From the NCBI GenBank assembly GCA_963835065.1, contig CAWIEK010000063.1, positions 64,001 through 128,000 on the forward strand: 64,000 bases of DNA. Reading direction: 5' to 3'. The notes below the pieces were generated by a model. It did no database searches and had not been told where the DNA came from. It saw only the letters and a program-made list of their open reading frames with translations. Shown one piece after another: positions 9,068 through 21,382 of this stretch. Each line of letters starts with the position of its first letter. Within the stretch, counting starts at the first letter, position 1. The translations under genes were made by a program, and so were the position numbers. This DNA is from an uncultured Chthonomonadaceae bacterium (GTDB lineage Bacteria > Armatimonadota > Chthonomonadetes > Chthonomonadales > Chthonomonadaceae).

Positions 9068-11225
9068 CTACCTCATAGGCGTTGACACCGGCGGAACGTT
9101 TACGGACATGGTGATACGCGCGCCGGACGGGAGCCTGACGGTGCGCAAACAGCCGTCCACGCCCCGAGATCCCTCGCAAAGCGTGCTGACAGGCATTGCG
9201 GACGCGAAGCGCGAGGGGTTGATCGGCGAACCTTTTCGCGTGGCGCATGGCACGACGGTTGCCACGAATGCCCTGCTGGAACGGCGGGGCGCGAAAACCG
9301 CCCTGATTACAACGCAGGGTTTCCGGGACGCGCTGGAAATCGGTAGGCAGACCCGGACACAGTTGTACACATTTCATCCCACCAAGCCCCTTCCCCTGCT
9401 TGAACGCGACCTGCGCTTTGAACTGCGGGAACGACTGGACTGGCAGGGCGCGGTTCTGATTCCTTTAGAAGAGTCGGAAACAAGCGCGCTGCTGGACGAG
9501 TTACAGGCGCAGGGGATAGAGTCGCTGGCGGTTTGCTTCCTCTTTTCGTACCTCAACCCCGTCCATGAGCGGCTGGTGGAGCGGCTGGCGCTAGAACGCG
9601 GATTTGACGTTTCTCTGTCATGCGATATTTCTCCCGAACCCCGCGAATACGAGCGTACCAGCACAACCGTCGCCAATGCGTTTGTCGCGCCCATCATGTC
9701 CCGCTATTTGAGCAATCTGCAAGCGCGATTACAGGAAGCCGGCGCGGGCGGCCTGCGCGTGATGCAGTCGGATGGCGGGGCATTGTCGGCGCAGGAAGCG
9801 TCGCGCCGCGCCATTGCCACCGCGCTTTCGGGGCCGGCGGGCGGCGTGGTAGCGGCGGCGCGCATCGGGGTTGAAGCGGGTTTCCCCGACCTGCTTACGT
9901 TTGATATGGGCGGCACAAGCACGGACGTTGCCTTAATCCATAACGGACAATGCCCGGTGGTGACGAACCGCGCGTTGGGCGACATTCCTCTGCGCGCTCC
10001 GATGCTGGACATACATACGGTTGGCGCGGGCGGCGGCTCGCTGGCGCGCATAGACAGCGCGGGCGGGCTGCGCGTCGGGCCGCAAAGCGCGGGAGCCGAC
10101 CCCGGCCCCGTCGCGTATGGCAAAGGCGACGTTCTAACGGTGACGGACGCCAATGTTCTGCTCGGACGCCTGCCGCATAATTTACGATTGGGCGGGCGAC
10201 TGGAATTGGATGGCGAACGGGTTCAGGCGCGGTTTACCCTGTTTGCGGCGCAGTTGGGCTGCGCGCCCGAAGAGGCCGCGATGGGCATTGTGGATGTTGC
10301 CAATGTGACCATGACGCGCGCCCTGCGGCACGTCAGCGTGGAGCGGGGGCACGATCCGGGCGGGCTGACATTGCTCAGTTTCGGCGGCGCGGGCGGGCTT
10401 CACGCCTGCGCGCTGGCGCGGGCGCTGGGCATGACGCGCATTTTAATCCCTCGTTTTCCCGGCGCGTTTTCCGCGCTTGGGCTGGCGCTGGCCGCCGCGC
10501 GGCGCGAGTCCGTATATGCTGTTCCGCCCCTGCGCCTTGATCCCGATGATTTAGATTTGGCTGCTCGGCTGCTGGAACCAATTGTTAATTCTTTGTGGGA
10601 CAGGGCGCAGTCGGACATGGCGCAGGAGGGATTAGCGCCGGATGAGTGGCGCGGGGAAATGCTGCTGGACATGCGCTACGTCGGGCAGTCGTTTGAACTG
10701 CGCGTACCGCTGCCGTTATCAGCGCCGAATGAGGCGGAAAATCAAGCAGAAAATCAACTGGAATCGAATTTTCTTGCGGAGGCTTTGCGACAGGCGGCGA
10801 CGGCCTTTCACGCGCTCCATGCGCAGCGTTTCGGCCATGCCAACCCCGAAGAATCGGTTGAAATCACAGCCGCGCGCTGTGTTGCAAGCGGATTAGAAAC
10901 GGGCGTGACCGCATCAGGCGTGAAAACCGGCGACCAAGCCGTTTCAGGGCAGGCAGCGTCTTCCAATGACCAAGGCGCAAATGACCAAGCCGCAGCCGCG
11001 TTACCGGCGGCATCGTTCCGCGCTTCCAGAACGCAGCGCGTCTATGTGGAACAGGATTGGCGCGACATACCACTATACTGGCGTTCCGAGTTGACGGCGG
11101 GGCAGCAGTTCGCCGGGCCGGCATTGATTGTGCAGGACGACGCCACCACCTATATCGCGCCCCATTGGGAGACGCAGGTTGATACGCATGAAAATATGGT
11201 TCTAACAAATAAAAACTTGACCTGA
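8976..11225 (+). CDS. Hydantoinase A / 5-oxoprolinase family protein (start may be 9027)
   Basis: GVDTGGTFTD, HGTTVATNALLER, SGPAGG, DMGGTSTD, GAGGGS and MRYVGQSFEL motifs. Confidence 0.92.
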   Translation: MQQIPNPTPNTQHSTPFMDVPPTPDTRHPTPYLIGVDTGGTFTDMVIRAPDGSLTVRKQPSTPRDPSQSVLTGIADAKREGLIGEPFRVAHGTTVATNALLERRGAKTALITTQGFRDALEIGRQTRTQLYTFHPTKPLPLLERDLRFELRERLDWQGAVLIPLEESETSALLDELQAQGIESLAVCFLFSYLNPVHERLVERLALERGFDVSLSCDISPEPREYERTSTTVANAFVAPIMSRYLSNLQARLQEAGAGGLRVMQSDGGALSAQEASRRAIATALSGPAGGVVAAARIGVEAGFPDLLTFDMGGTSTDVALIHNGQCPVVTNRALGDIPLRAPMLDIHTVGAGGGSLARIDSAGGLRVGPQSAGADPGPVAYGKGDVLTVTDANVLLGRLPHNLRLGGRLELDGERVQARFTLFAAQLGCAPEEAAMGIVDVANVTMTRALRHVSVERGHDPGGLTLLSFGGAGGLHACALARALGMTRILIPRFPGAFSALGLALAAARRESVYAVPPLRLDPDDLDLAARLLEPIVNSLWDRAQSDMAQEGLAPDEWRGEMLLDMRYVGQSFELRVPLPLSAPNEAENQAENQLESNFLAEALRQAATAFHALHAQRFGHANPEESVEITAARCVASGLETGVTASGVKTGDQAVSGQAASSNDQGANDQAAAALPAASFRASRTQRVYVEQDWRDIPLYWRSELTAGQQFAGPALIVQDDATTYIAPHWETQVDTHENMVLTNKNLT

Positions 11226-11449
11226 ACAGATAAAAGCAAGTAAAATTGCTGGTATAGGAACTTTCCTGCTCTGAGGTATGTTGAAGTTATCAGGAGGAAC
11301 TTGAAAAGGCTGGTATTTGACGGCGGCGCATTGTTGGCGCTTCCTCTGCCACCGGCAACGAGTAACAGTCTAATTCTAACTGAATAAACTCCGTACCGTA
11401 CAGCGCCGGGTTTACTCGCTATTTCCGTGTTTCCGACTCGGAGGGAGCC

Positions 11450-12952
11450 ATGAGCCGCGATGATGAGCGTGATGAGCTGATCAGGGAAACTTTTGAAGCC
11501 GATTACGCAGCCTCTTTTTCCTCTGTTTCCCCCGCGCCGGCAAGCCCGGAGGCCAGTGAAAGCGAACGAATCCTGCAAAGCCTGTATGCCAGTTCCGGCG
11601 CGATGATGGGCGTTGTGGAACTTGTAGACGATGACTTGCGCTTTGTGGATTTTTGCGCCAACACCGCAGAATTTTTGCGTCGCCCGCCTGCCGAGATACG
11701 GGGCAAGCGCGCTGCGGAATTGGGACTAGATGCGGACGCGCGCGCGTTCTGGGTCGCCCGCTATCGAGAGAGCCAGACATCCAGCAAGCCTTTGAAGTTC
11801 GAGCGCATCACCCATTGGACGCTGGGAGAGCCGCCGCCAACCCCGTATTGGCTGTGCTGCACCATCTCCTACATCGGGCTGGGAGCCAACCGCCTGCCTC
11901 GATTTACCTTTCTTGTGGAGGATGTTTCGGAGCGTAAGCTAAAGGAACAAGCCTTGCAGACGGAACTTCGCAAGGCGGATCGTGACCGCCGCAAGGCTAA
12001 CAAGCGCGTCGCCAACATCCTCGACAGCATCCACGACGCTTTCCTCGCCCTTGACCGCAACAGCGTTATCACCTATACCAACGGACGCGCTGAAGACCTT
12101 CTCCGCCGCCCCCGCGCCCAACTGTTGGGGCAGAACTTCTGGGACGCTTTTCCCAGCCTCCGTTCGTTCCGCATTTACGAGGAACTCCAAAACGCCCTTG
12201 CAAGGCAGTCCGCCGCGCATTTTCAGGACTACTACTATTTCGCCGAGCGCTGGCTGGAACACGATATTTATCCGTCTCAGGAGGGAGTTTTCCTGTATAC
12301 CCGCGACATCACGGCGCACCAGCAGGCGAAAGAGGAATTGCGGCAGGGCGTGGAAAATCTACAGCGCGGTCTTCACAGTTTTGTGCAGGCCATGTCCCGC
12401 GCTGTGGATACTCGCGATCCGTATACCGCCGGGCATCAGCGCCGCGTCAGTACACTGGCCGCCCATATTGCGCAGCAGTTGGGCTACGCGCCGGAGCGGG
12501 TAGAGGGCATTCGCATCGCCGGCCTGCTCCATGACATCGGCAAACTGGCCGTGCCCGCCGAAATTCTCAGCCGTCCCGGCAAATTGTCGCCGCTCGAATT
12601 CAGCCTGATTCAGCAGCACGCGCAGGCGGGCTATGACATTCTCAAAGACATTGAGTTTGCTTTTCCCGTTGCGCTGGTCGCGCTGCAGCACCATGAGCGT
12701 CTGGACGGTTCCGGCTATCCGCAGGGCTTGCGCGGCGAAGCTATTCACCCCGAAAGCCGCCTGATGGCTGTGGCCGATGTGGTCGAAGCGATGGCCTCGC
12801 ACCGCCCCTATCGTCCCGCCCTGGGCCTGCCTGCCGCGCTGACAGAAATTACGCTGCATCGCGGCACCAGGTACGATGGCGACATGGTGGATGCCTGCTT
12901 TGAAGTGTTTCGCGCCTACGCCTTTGATTTTGAGCAGGCGTTGGAAGAGTAG
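11450..12952 (+). CDS. PAS-PAS-HD-GYP cyclic-dinucleotide phosphodiesterase
   Basis: RDPYTAGHQRRV, LHDIGK and HHERLDGSGYP motifs; two PAS-like segments upstream. Confidence 0.92.
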   Translation: MSRDDERDELIRETFEADYAASFSSVSPAPASPEASESERILQSLYASSGAMMGVVELVDDDLRFVDFCANTAEFLRRPPAEIRGKRAAELGLDADARAFWVARYRESQTSSKPLKFERITHWTLGEPPPTPYWLCCTISYIGLGANRLPRFTFLVEDVSERKLKEQALQTELRKADRDRRKANKRVANILDSIHDAFLALDRNSVITYTNGRAEDLLRRPRAQLLGQNFWDAFPSLRSFRIYEELQNALARQSAAHFQDYYYFAERWLEHDIYPSQEGVFLYTRDITAHQQAKEELRQGVENLQRGLHSFVQAMSRAVDTRDPYTAGHQRRVSTLAAHIAQQLGYAPERVEGIRIAGLLHDIGKLAVPAEILSRPGKLSPLEFSLIQQHAQAGYDILKDIEFAFPVALVALQHHERLDGSGYPQGLRGEAIHPESRLMAVADVVEAMASHRPYRPALGLPAALTEITLHRGTRYDGDMVDACFEVFRAYAFDFEQALEE

Positions 12953-13005
12953 AGGCAAGGTTTTAGGGTATTGGGGTATCAGAGTGTTCAGGTGCTAGAA
13001 AGCCG

Positions 13006-13935
13006 TTAATGCGCTTTGTGCGCAATCGCCATCAGCGTCTCGAAGTGCGGCGATTCGGGCGCGCGATCTACAACGGATAGGTCTATCTGCTCGAAACCCG
13101 CTTGCTGCAGCAGCGTGAGCAGTTCCACCTGGGAAAAGCCGAGCCACACATCGGCGTACAAATCCCGCGCCGCTTCAAAGTCGTGTTTGAGTAAGTCCAG
13201 CAGCACGATGCGCCCGCCGGGGCGCAGGATACGATGGGCTTCCGCAAGCGCCTGCTGCGGATGCAGGGCGTGGTGCAGGGATTGGTGCATCAGCGCCATG
13301 TCCACTTCGCCACCCGCAAGAGGCAATTCTTCCATGTCGCCGTGCCGATACTCCAGATTGGCGATGCCATTGCGTTCCGCCAGGCCGCGCCCGTACTCCA
13401 CCATCTTTTCGGAACTGTCTACGGCGATTACCCGCTCCGCCCTTTGGGAAAGCAGCAGGGCCAGTGTGCCTTCCCCCGCGCCCAAATCCGCAATCACGAG
13501 GGGCGGCAGCAGGCGCAGCAGCATTTCCGAGAGGGCTTTCCAGCTACGTCCCGGCACATAGTCGCGCCCGAAGCGCCCGGCAAGCGCGTCGAAATAATCG
13601 CGCAAATGATCCTTGCGGCGGTTCAGGACAAGGCGCAGGCCGGCGTCATCGTGTTCGGTTTCCGCGATTTCCGCCGCGCCCTTGTCCAGCGCTTCCGCAA
13701 GAAGGGTTTGCGCGCCGGGTGGGGGCGCAAGGCGGTACAGGCTTTTTTGCCCCACGCGGCGTACATCCACGCAGCCCGCCTGTTTCAGTTGCGAAAGCTG
13801 CATGGAGATACGGCTTTGTCCCATGCCCAGTATCTCCTGCAATTCCGCCACGCTCAGTTCTTCCCGCGCCAGCAGCCGTAATATTCGTAATCGCGCCGGG
13901 TCGCCAAGCGCGCGAAGCAGTTTCAAGATTTCCAT
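13006..13935 (-). CDS. sahR: ArsR-HTH plus SAM-methyltransferase-fold regulator (SahR-like)
   Basis: ALGDPARLRIL ArsR HTH and DLGAGEG SAM-binding motif; divergent from ahcY. Confidence 0.85.
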   Translation of the reverse strand: MEILKLLRALGDPARLRILRLLAREELSVAELQEILGMGQSRISMQLSQLKQAGCVDVRRVGQKSLYRLAPPPGAQTLLAEALDKGAAEIAETEHDDAGLRLVLNRRKDHLRDYFDALAGRFGRDYVPGRSWKALSEMLLRLLPPLVIADLGAGEGTLALLLSQRAERVIAVDSSEKMVEYGRGLAERNGIANLEYRHGDMEELPLAGGEVDMALMHQSLHHALHPQQALAEAHRILRPGGRIVLLDLLKHDFEAARDLYADVWLGFSQVELLTLLQQAGFEQIDLSVVDRAPESPHFETLMAIAHKAH

Positions 13936-13972
13936 GCTTCCATTATAGGCCGAAAAAAATAAAATATCAAGG

Positions 13973-14003
13973 TATCAAGATTCCTTGATAAGTGTGCTAT
14001 AAT
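13973..14003 (+). promoter_or_regulatory. Palindromic SahR-type operator and extended -10 of the ahcY promoter
   Basis: TATCAAG-attc-CTTGATA (13973-13990) and TGcTATAAT (13995-14003). Confidence 0.7.
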
Positions 14004-14023
14004 AGACATCGGAGGAATTCATT

Positions 14024-15481
<1,458 letters not shown>

Positions 15482-15501
15482 AGCCGGTACAACAACCAAA
15501 G

Positions 15502-15544
15502 CAACACCCGCCTGCATATTTCGCAGGCGGGCGTTGTGTTTTTG
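15502..15544 (+). terminator. Intrinsic terminator after ahcY
   Basis: CAACACCCGCCTGC / GCAGGCGGGCGTTG stem followed by TGTTTTT. Confidence 0.75.
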
Positions 15545-15687
15545 CAGCAGGCGTTACACAACGATGGTCACTGTAGTTGTCAGCCGTATGTTTTTTCGTT
15601 GGGCTACTTTTTGCGTGAACAAACTCCTTCGGTCGCAGACCGATCAGCCGCAGGCTTGTGAGATAGGTCGTTCATGGCCTGTGAAGG

Positions 15688-18201
15688 CTATTGTCCTCGT
15701 TCCTGAAGAAAGAGTTGCAGGTTTTCACGCACTGTTCTGGTACTCGGGTGTTCCGGTCCCAATGCGCGTTCAACAATGTCCAATGCCTGTATATACAGCG
15801 GTTCGGCTTCGGTGTAGCGGCTTTGTGCCTTGTACAACGCCGCAAGATTGTTGAGGCTTTGGGCAATATCAGGATGATTTTCCGGCAATGTCTTGCGCTG
15901 AATATCCAATGCCTGTATATACAGCGGTTCGGCTTCGGTGTAGCGGCCTTGTGCCTCGTACAACGCCGCAAGATTGTTGAGGCTTGTAGCTAGGCTTGGA
16001 TGCTGTTTGCCATAGGCTTGTCAATAAATACTCAACGCCTGTATATACAGCGGTTCGGCTTCGGTGTAGCGGCCTTGTGTCAAGTACAACGCCGCAAGAT
16101 TGTTGAGGCTCGTAGCTAGGCTTGGATGGCCTTCTGGCAACACTTTGCGCCGTATATCTAATGCCTGTGCGTATAGTGGTTCGGCGTTGGCGTAGCGGCC
16201 TTGTGTCAAGTACAAGTTCGCCAGAGTGTTGAGGCTTGTGGCAACATATGGATGCTGCTCCCCGTAGGCTTGACGAAGAATATCTAATGCCTCTTTGATT
16301 AGCGGTTCGGCATCGGCATAATGGCCTTGTAACCGATACAAAACCGCCAGGTTGTTGAGGCTGTTTCATATCAGAATAATTCAGCACGTGCCCGTACCGG
16401 TTCGGCGCGCAAATACTCTGCGCGACCTTCCAGATAAAGACCTGTCTGATTATAGAGTCTGGCTGCCTCAGCAGTTTCTATTTTGTAGTTTTTGCTATAT
16501 TCTACACATGCCAGTTGATGAGGAAGTAGTCTATCCAGTTGTTGCCAGTGGATATAGTCGGAGCCGGGCCAGATGGCAATGAGCGCGGCGATGAGACGCT
16601 CCACGCAGGCGCGTTGTGCTTGTTCTTCCAGTCGCGCCCGGACAGCGACCTGCACCAGACGGTGAACGGCGAAACTTCTGTCGTCTGTATCTACCGAAAT
16701 CAGCGAATAACCGGCAGGAAGCAGCAGGAGTTCTATCAAGTACAGGGCCTGTTCGCCGGCAGGGTTCAGCATCGTCGCCAACGCCGGTCCTAATTCGTTC
16801 GCTCCCTGCAGAAAAAATCTCGAATGGAATGGCGTCGGGAGCCAGAAACGCGCTCAGGTTCAGCAGTTCCGCCGCCGCCGGGTTGCGTTCCTCAACCACG
16901 CGGAAGTTCGGCTCCCAGGTTGCAAGGACGGTTTCGCGATAATCTCCCTGCAAAGGACGGCTTGTGCGGAGCAAATCGGCGCGGCGCTCTCGAAAATCGT
17001 GCAAGTAAGATTGTATATCGCGCTTTTGCTGCGTCATGTAGGACGCGGCGAGTTCTAAGGCCAGCGGCAGGCCGTCGAGTTCCTGTGCCAGTTCCTCTGC
17101 CGCACTGCGCTCGGCCTCCGAATACCCCTGTGGATAGATACGCTGCAGCAAATACTCCCGCGCATCCGTTTCCGGCAGGGTTTCCAGCCGCAAAACCGAC
17201 ACGTTTCCCAACCGGGAGAACTGTCGGGCGCGGGAGGTCAGCACAATATGACCAGCGGGACGTTCGGGGAGGAAAGGACGAACGCTTTCCGGCGCGTCCG
17301 CGTTATCGAGGATGAGCAAATAGCCTTCGTTGTCCTGAAGCCAGGAGCGTACCGCGCTGCGTATGGCGTCTGCCTCCATAGCGTTCTGCTCCGGCAGGTC
17401 GAGCGTTCGCGCGATCTGCCGGTATCCGGCGCTGAGAGCGCTTTCATTTTCCGCTGACGTCCACAAAACGGCGCGGTACTCGTCCCGATGCCGGTAAGCG
17501 TACTCACATGCCGTTTGTGTCTTGCCGATGCCTCCCAATCCCGAAATCGCCTGCGTCAGCAGGACGTTTTTGCGGTCTTGCAGCGCATCGCGCAGGGCTT
17601 GCAATTCCGCTTCTCTGCCGACAAAGTGCGGATTGCGCGGCATGGGAACCATGAAAACTCTTTGCGTCTCCTCCCCAATGCCAATCGTCATTGCCCCGCT
17701 GCCCTTCGCCACAAGTCGGGGCAACTCTGGCGCTAATTCCAACTGTACAAAGAACCAGCGATTGAGGTCTGGAATGGCCTGTCGGACACGTTGGGCGAAG
17801 TCGTAGGGCATCCACCAGATTTGCTTCAGGGGAAAATGCGCCAGATTGTCCCGACAAAAGTTGAGGACCCGGAGTGAATCCTCCAGCGTTTCGTCTTTCG
17901 AGAACACCTCCGCGCTCCAAACCATCGAGACGATTCCCTCCGGCAGTTGGCGGAACTGCTGCATCAGGAAATCGGCGACTTTCACGGCAGATTGGTGTCG
18001 GGGCAAGGTGAGCGTATGGAACGGGATTTGCTGCGCGGCAAACATTTGTCGCAATCGGTCTGTCGCCCGCTCCCGCAGGAGATCGGACTGATACTCCACG
18101 CGGGCGAATCCATCGGAGACCACTTCGCCCCATAGAGCAAGGTGCGCCACCACTTCTTCAATGGAACCGGAAGCGAAGGGATAGGTCTTGTCAGGTTCCA
18201 C
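15688..18201 (-). pseudogene. Degenerate NTPase-like N-domain + NB-ARC + TPR protein, disrupted
   Basis: RNPHFVGRE, GLGGIGKT, LLILDNA and GLPLAL motifs, plus 42-aa TPRs (SLNNLAALY..QGRY.EAEPLY). Frameshifts near 16790 and 16360 and an in-frame TGA at 16021-16023. Confidence 0.85.
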
Positions 18202-19620
18202 TTATCCGGTTCCACCAGGGACGATTCCCTGCTTGTCGCGTTGGACGCGGTTTTGCTCGTGGAGAATGTCCACAACGACGGGATGCACCCCGAACCACCA
18301 TGTTCCGTTGAACTCTTGCACGGCTTGCGCGCGGAGCAGAGAGTTAAGTTTTGCGTCTCGGATGCGGGCTTCCGGTTTTTGCTCATAGATTTGCAGCAGC
18401 TTATCCGCCTTTTCTGCCCACGTCAATGCGACTTCATCCGCGGGGCTTGTCCCTAACGCCCCTTCGAACTCTCTCTTTCGGTCGGCAAGCGCTCGATCCA
18501 CGTCCTTACCCCCGATTTTGGGGTCGGGAACGTTGCTAAGGATAGCGTAACGCGCTGCCGCCGCTGTCATCGCCAGCAACTGATTGATGTTCCCGCCGCT
18601 CCCAACAATCAATCGCTCCTGTTGTCCCACTTCAAAGAGGGCTGCCTCCATTCGTTTGTCGAGGATGTCTTTCATCGCGGCGCGTCCCTCCACATGCAGG
18701 GAGTGGTCGGGGTGAAACACAGGGGTATCGGGCAGAGTCAGGGTTCCGCCAGACAAGCGCGGCAGTTTCGCCCCTTTCTCGGAATAAACGAGACTGAGCG
18801 GAATGTTGAAGATCAAGTGCGCGTCGAGGTCTTGCAGGATGTTGGAGTAGTTCAGAAATAGGTCTTCGATTCTACTAACCGGGATGCCGGGCTTGTCGAA
18901 GCTCTCGCCGACAAAAACCCAGGAGCAATCCACCGCATGACCGAGCAACTGATTACATTCTTTCAGCAAAGCGTTCAATAATTCTATGAGGTCATAGATG
19001 CGACTGAGACGATAGTTGACAACCTTCTCTTCACGATCAGCGGAGAGTTTTATATCGCCCCGAATTCTGGCAAACAGCGTAACAAATTTGGGCCACCAGG
19101 CTGCGCTTGGCGTACCGACGCGGACTTCACCCTCCGTTTCGATCTCACCAACTTCTTTTTCTGTTTGTGTCACCGTGACGTTGTTGTACCAATTCCAAAT
19201 GTTTTCCAGCAAGTCTTTGGAAGGCGGGTATCCTGTGCCCCCTTCTTCCACTGGTTTTGAGGTTTCTTCCACGAGTTTAATCATCATAACCAGTAACACG
19301 TCGAACGGCTTGAAGTTGATGGGGTCAATTTCCTCACGGACATCAAAGCGGATGAAGCGAAACTTCCCTTGCATTTCATTGATAAGACGCGACAGTTCTG
19401 TAGATTTTCCGCAGCCGGAATGACCAATCAGAAAAGCTTTGTAGGGATTATCTTTATCGGCTTCAGAAAGTCCAAGTTTGATGTGGGCAATTTTATCGTC
19501 ACCACGCACCTGATTCGGTTCCGAACTATAGAAATCTCTGAGTTCTTCCGGTTTTTCCAATGGCTTTGGGGTCAATACTTTGAGCGCTTCACGAAGGGTG
19601 GTGGCTTTCCTGGTAATCAT
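18202..19620 (-). CDS. P-loop ATPase (GHxGCGKSTEL family)
   Basis: Walker A GHSGCGKSTEL, atypical Walker B (VFVGESFDK) and C-terminal WFGVHP. The stop abuts the GTG start of the TPR gene. Confidence 0.85.
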   Translation of the reverse strand: MITRKATTLREALKVLTPKPLEKPEELRDFYSSEPNQVRGDDKIAHIKLGLSEADKDNPYKAFLIGHSGCGKSTELSRLINEMQGKFRFIRFDVREEIDPINFKPFDVLLVMMIKLVEETSKPVEEGGTGYPPSKDLLENIWNWYNNVTVTQTEKEVGEIETEGEVRVGTPSAAWWPKFVTLFARIRGDIKLSADREEKVVNYRLSRIYDLIELLNALLKECNQLLGHAVDCSWVFVGESFDKPGIPVSRIEDLFLNYSNILQDLDAHLIFNIPLSLVYSEKGAKLPRLSGGTLTLPDTPVFHPDHSLHVEGRAAMKDILDKRMEAALFEVGQQERLIVGSGGNINQLLAMTAAAARYAILSNVPDPKIGGKDVDRALADRKREFEGALGTSPADEVALTWAEKADKLLQIYEQKPEARIRDAKLNSLLRAQAVQEFNGTWWFGVHPVVVDILHEQNRVQRDKQGIVPGGTG

Positions 19621-19754
19621 CGTATTTCTCCGAACATTACAGACATATAAAGGAAGTCTACGGCCACAAATGGCATACTGATAGTATACCTTTTCTTGAT
19701 AAACAGGTCGCATACGTCTGCCAAAGCCCAAGAGTAAGCATCCCGTACTAAACT

Positions 19755-20179
19755 ATGATGCAATTCACTACGGAACGTTTGTCAATCAGGTTTGCAGGAA
19801 TGGAACCACGCCGCCGTGAACTATGCCGCATGAAGGAACCGGTTTTGGGGTTGCTGCGCATGGGAGAAGACATCTCTGTTCACGCAACCTTTGGAAAACT
19901 GAATACGCAATCCATATTGGAAACAGCGCCTCGTCTACGGTATCGCGTCCAGGAGCGTGAATATCAGGGTATTGGCAAAGTGCTGGTAGCGCGATTGATT
20001 GTCGAAAGCATTTTACAGGGGCAGGGCGGTAACCTTGTTGTCTCTCCCAGACCGCAGATTATCCCCTTCTATCGGCATCTCGGCTTTCAGCAATCACGCA
20101 GAAACCCCAGATATTTCTTTATTCGCGCAGAAGCAGGCATGCTGTTGCTGCAAAGCGTTTTGATAAGGAGTGAAGATTA

Positions 20180-20180
<1 letters not shown>
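19755..20180 (+). CDS. GNAT-fold acetyltransferase-like protein
   Basis: Acetyl-CoA motif A EYQGIGKVLV and FYRHLGF. Confidence 0.65.
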
Positions 20181-21131
<951 letters not shown>

Positions 21132-21382
21132 CGGTTGTCCCCTTACTCGTTCCGAGACCAGGCGCAGCGCCTCGGGGTTTCCGTCCGTTACTTGTTCTTA
21201 CGCTTTCATTATCGGCAGCTATGGAATCACTTCCATACCCGGAGTTTTGGACTCCTACCTTCTTATACGCATCTCCTACCAGAGAATGACGCCTTTTGCG
21301 GCAGGGATGTTCGCAAAAGTTGACACTCCGCGCCTGTGTTGGCTACAATAGCAGGAATTTTTTTTCGGTTCGCGGAGCTGCC

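Noticed and set aside
15770..16360. 126-bp near-identical repeats as a CRISPR array or DGR template/variable pair
   Set aside because: They encode 42-aa TPR units; there are no unique spacers and no reverse transcriptase.
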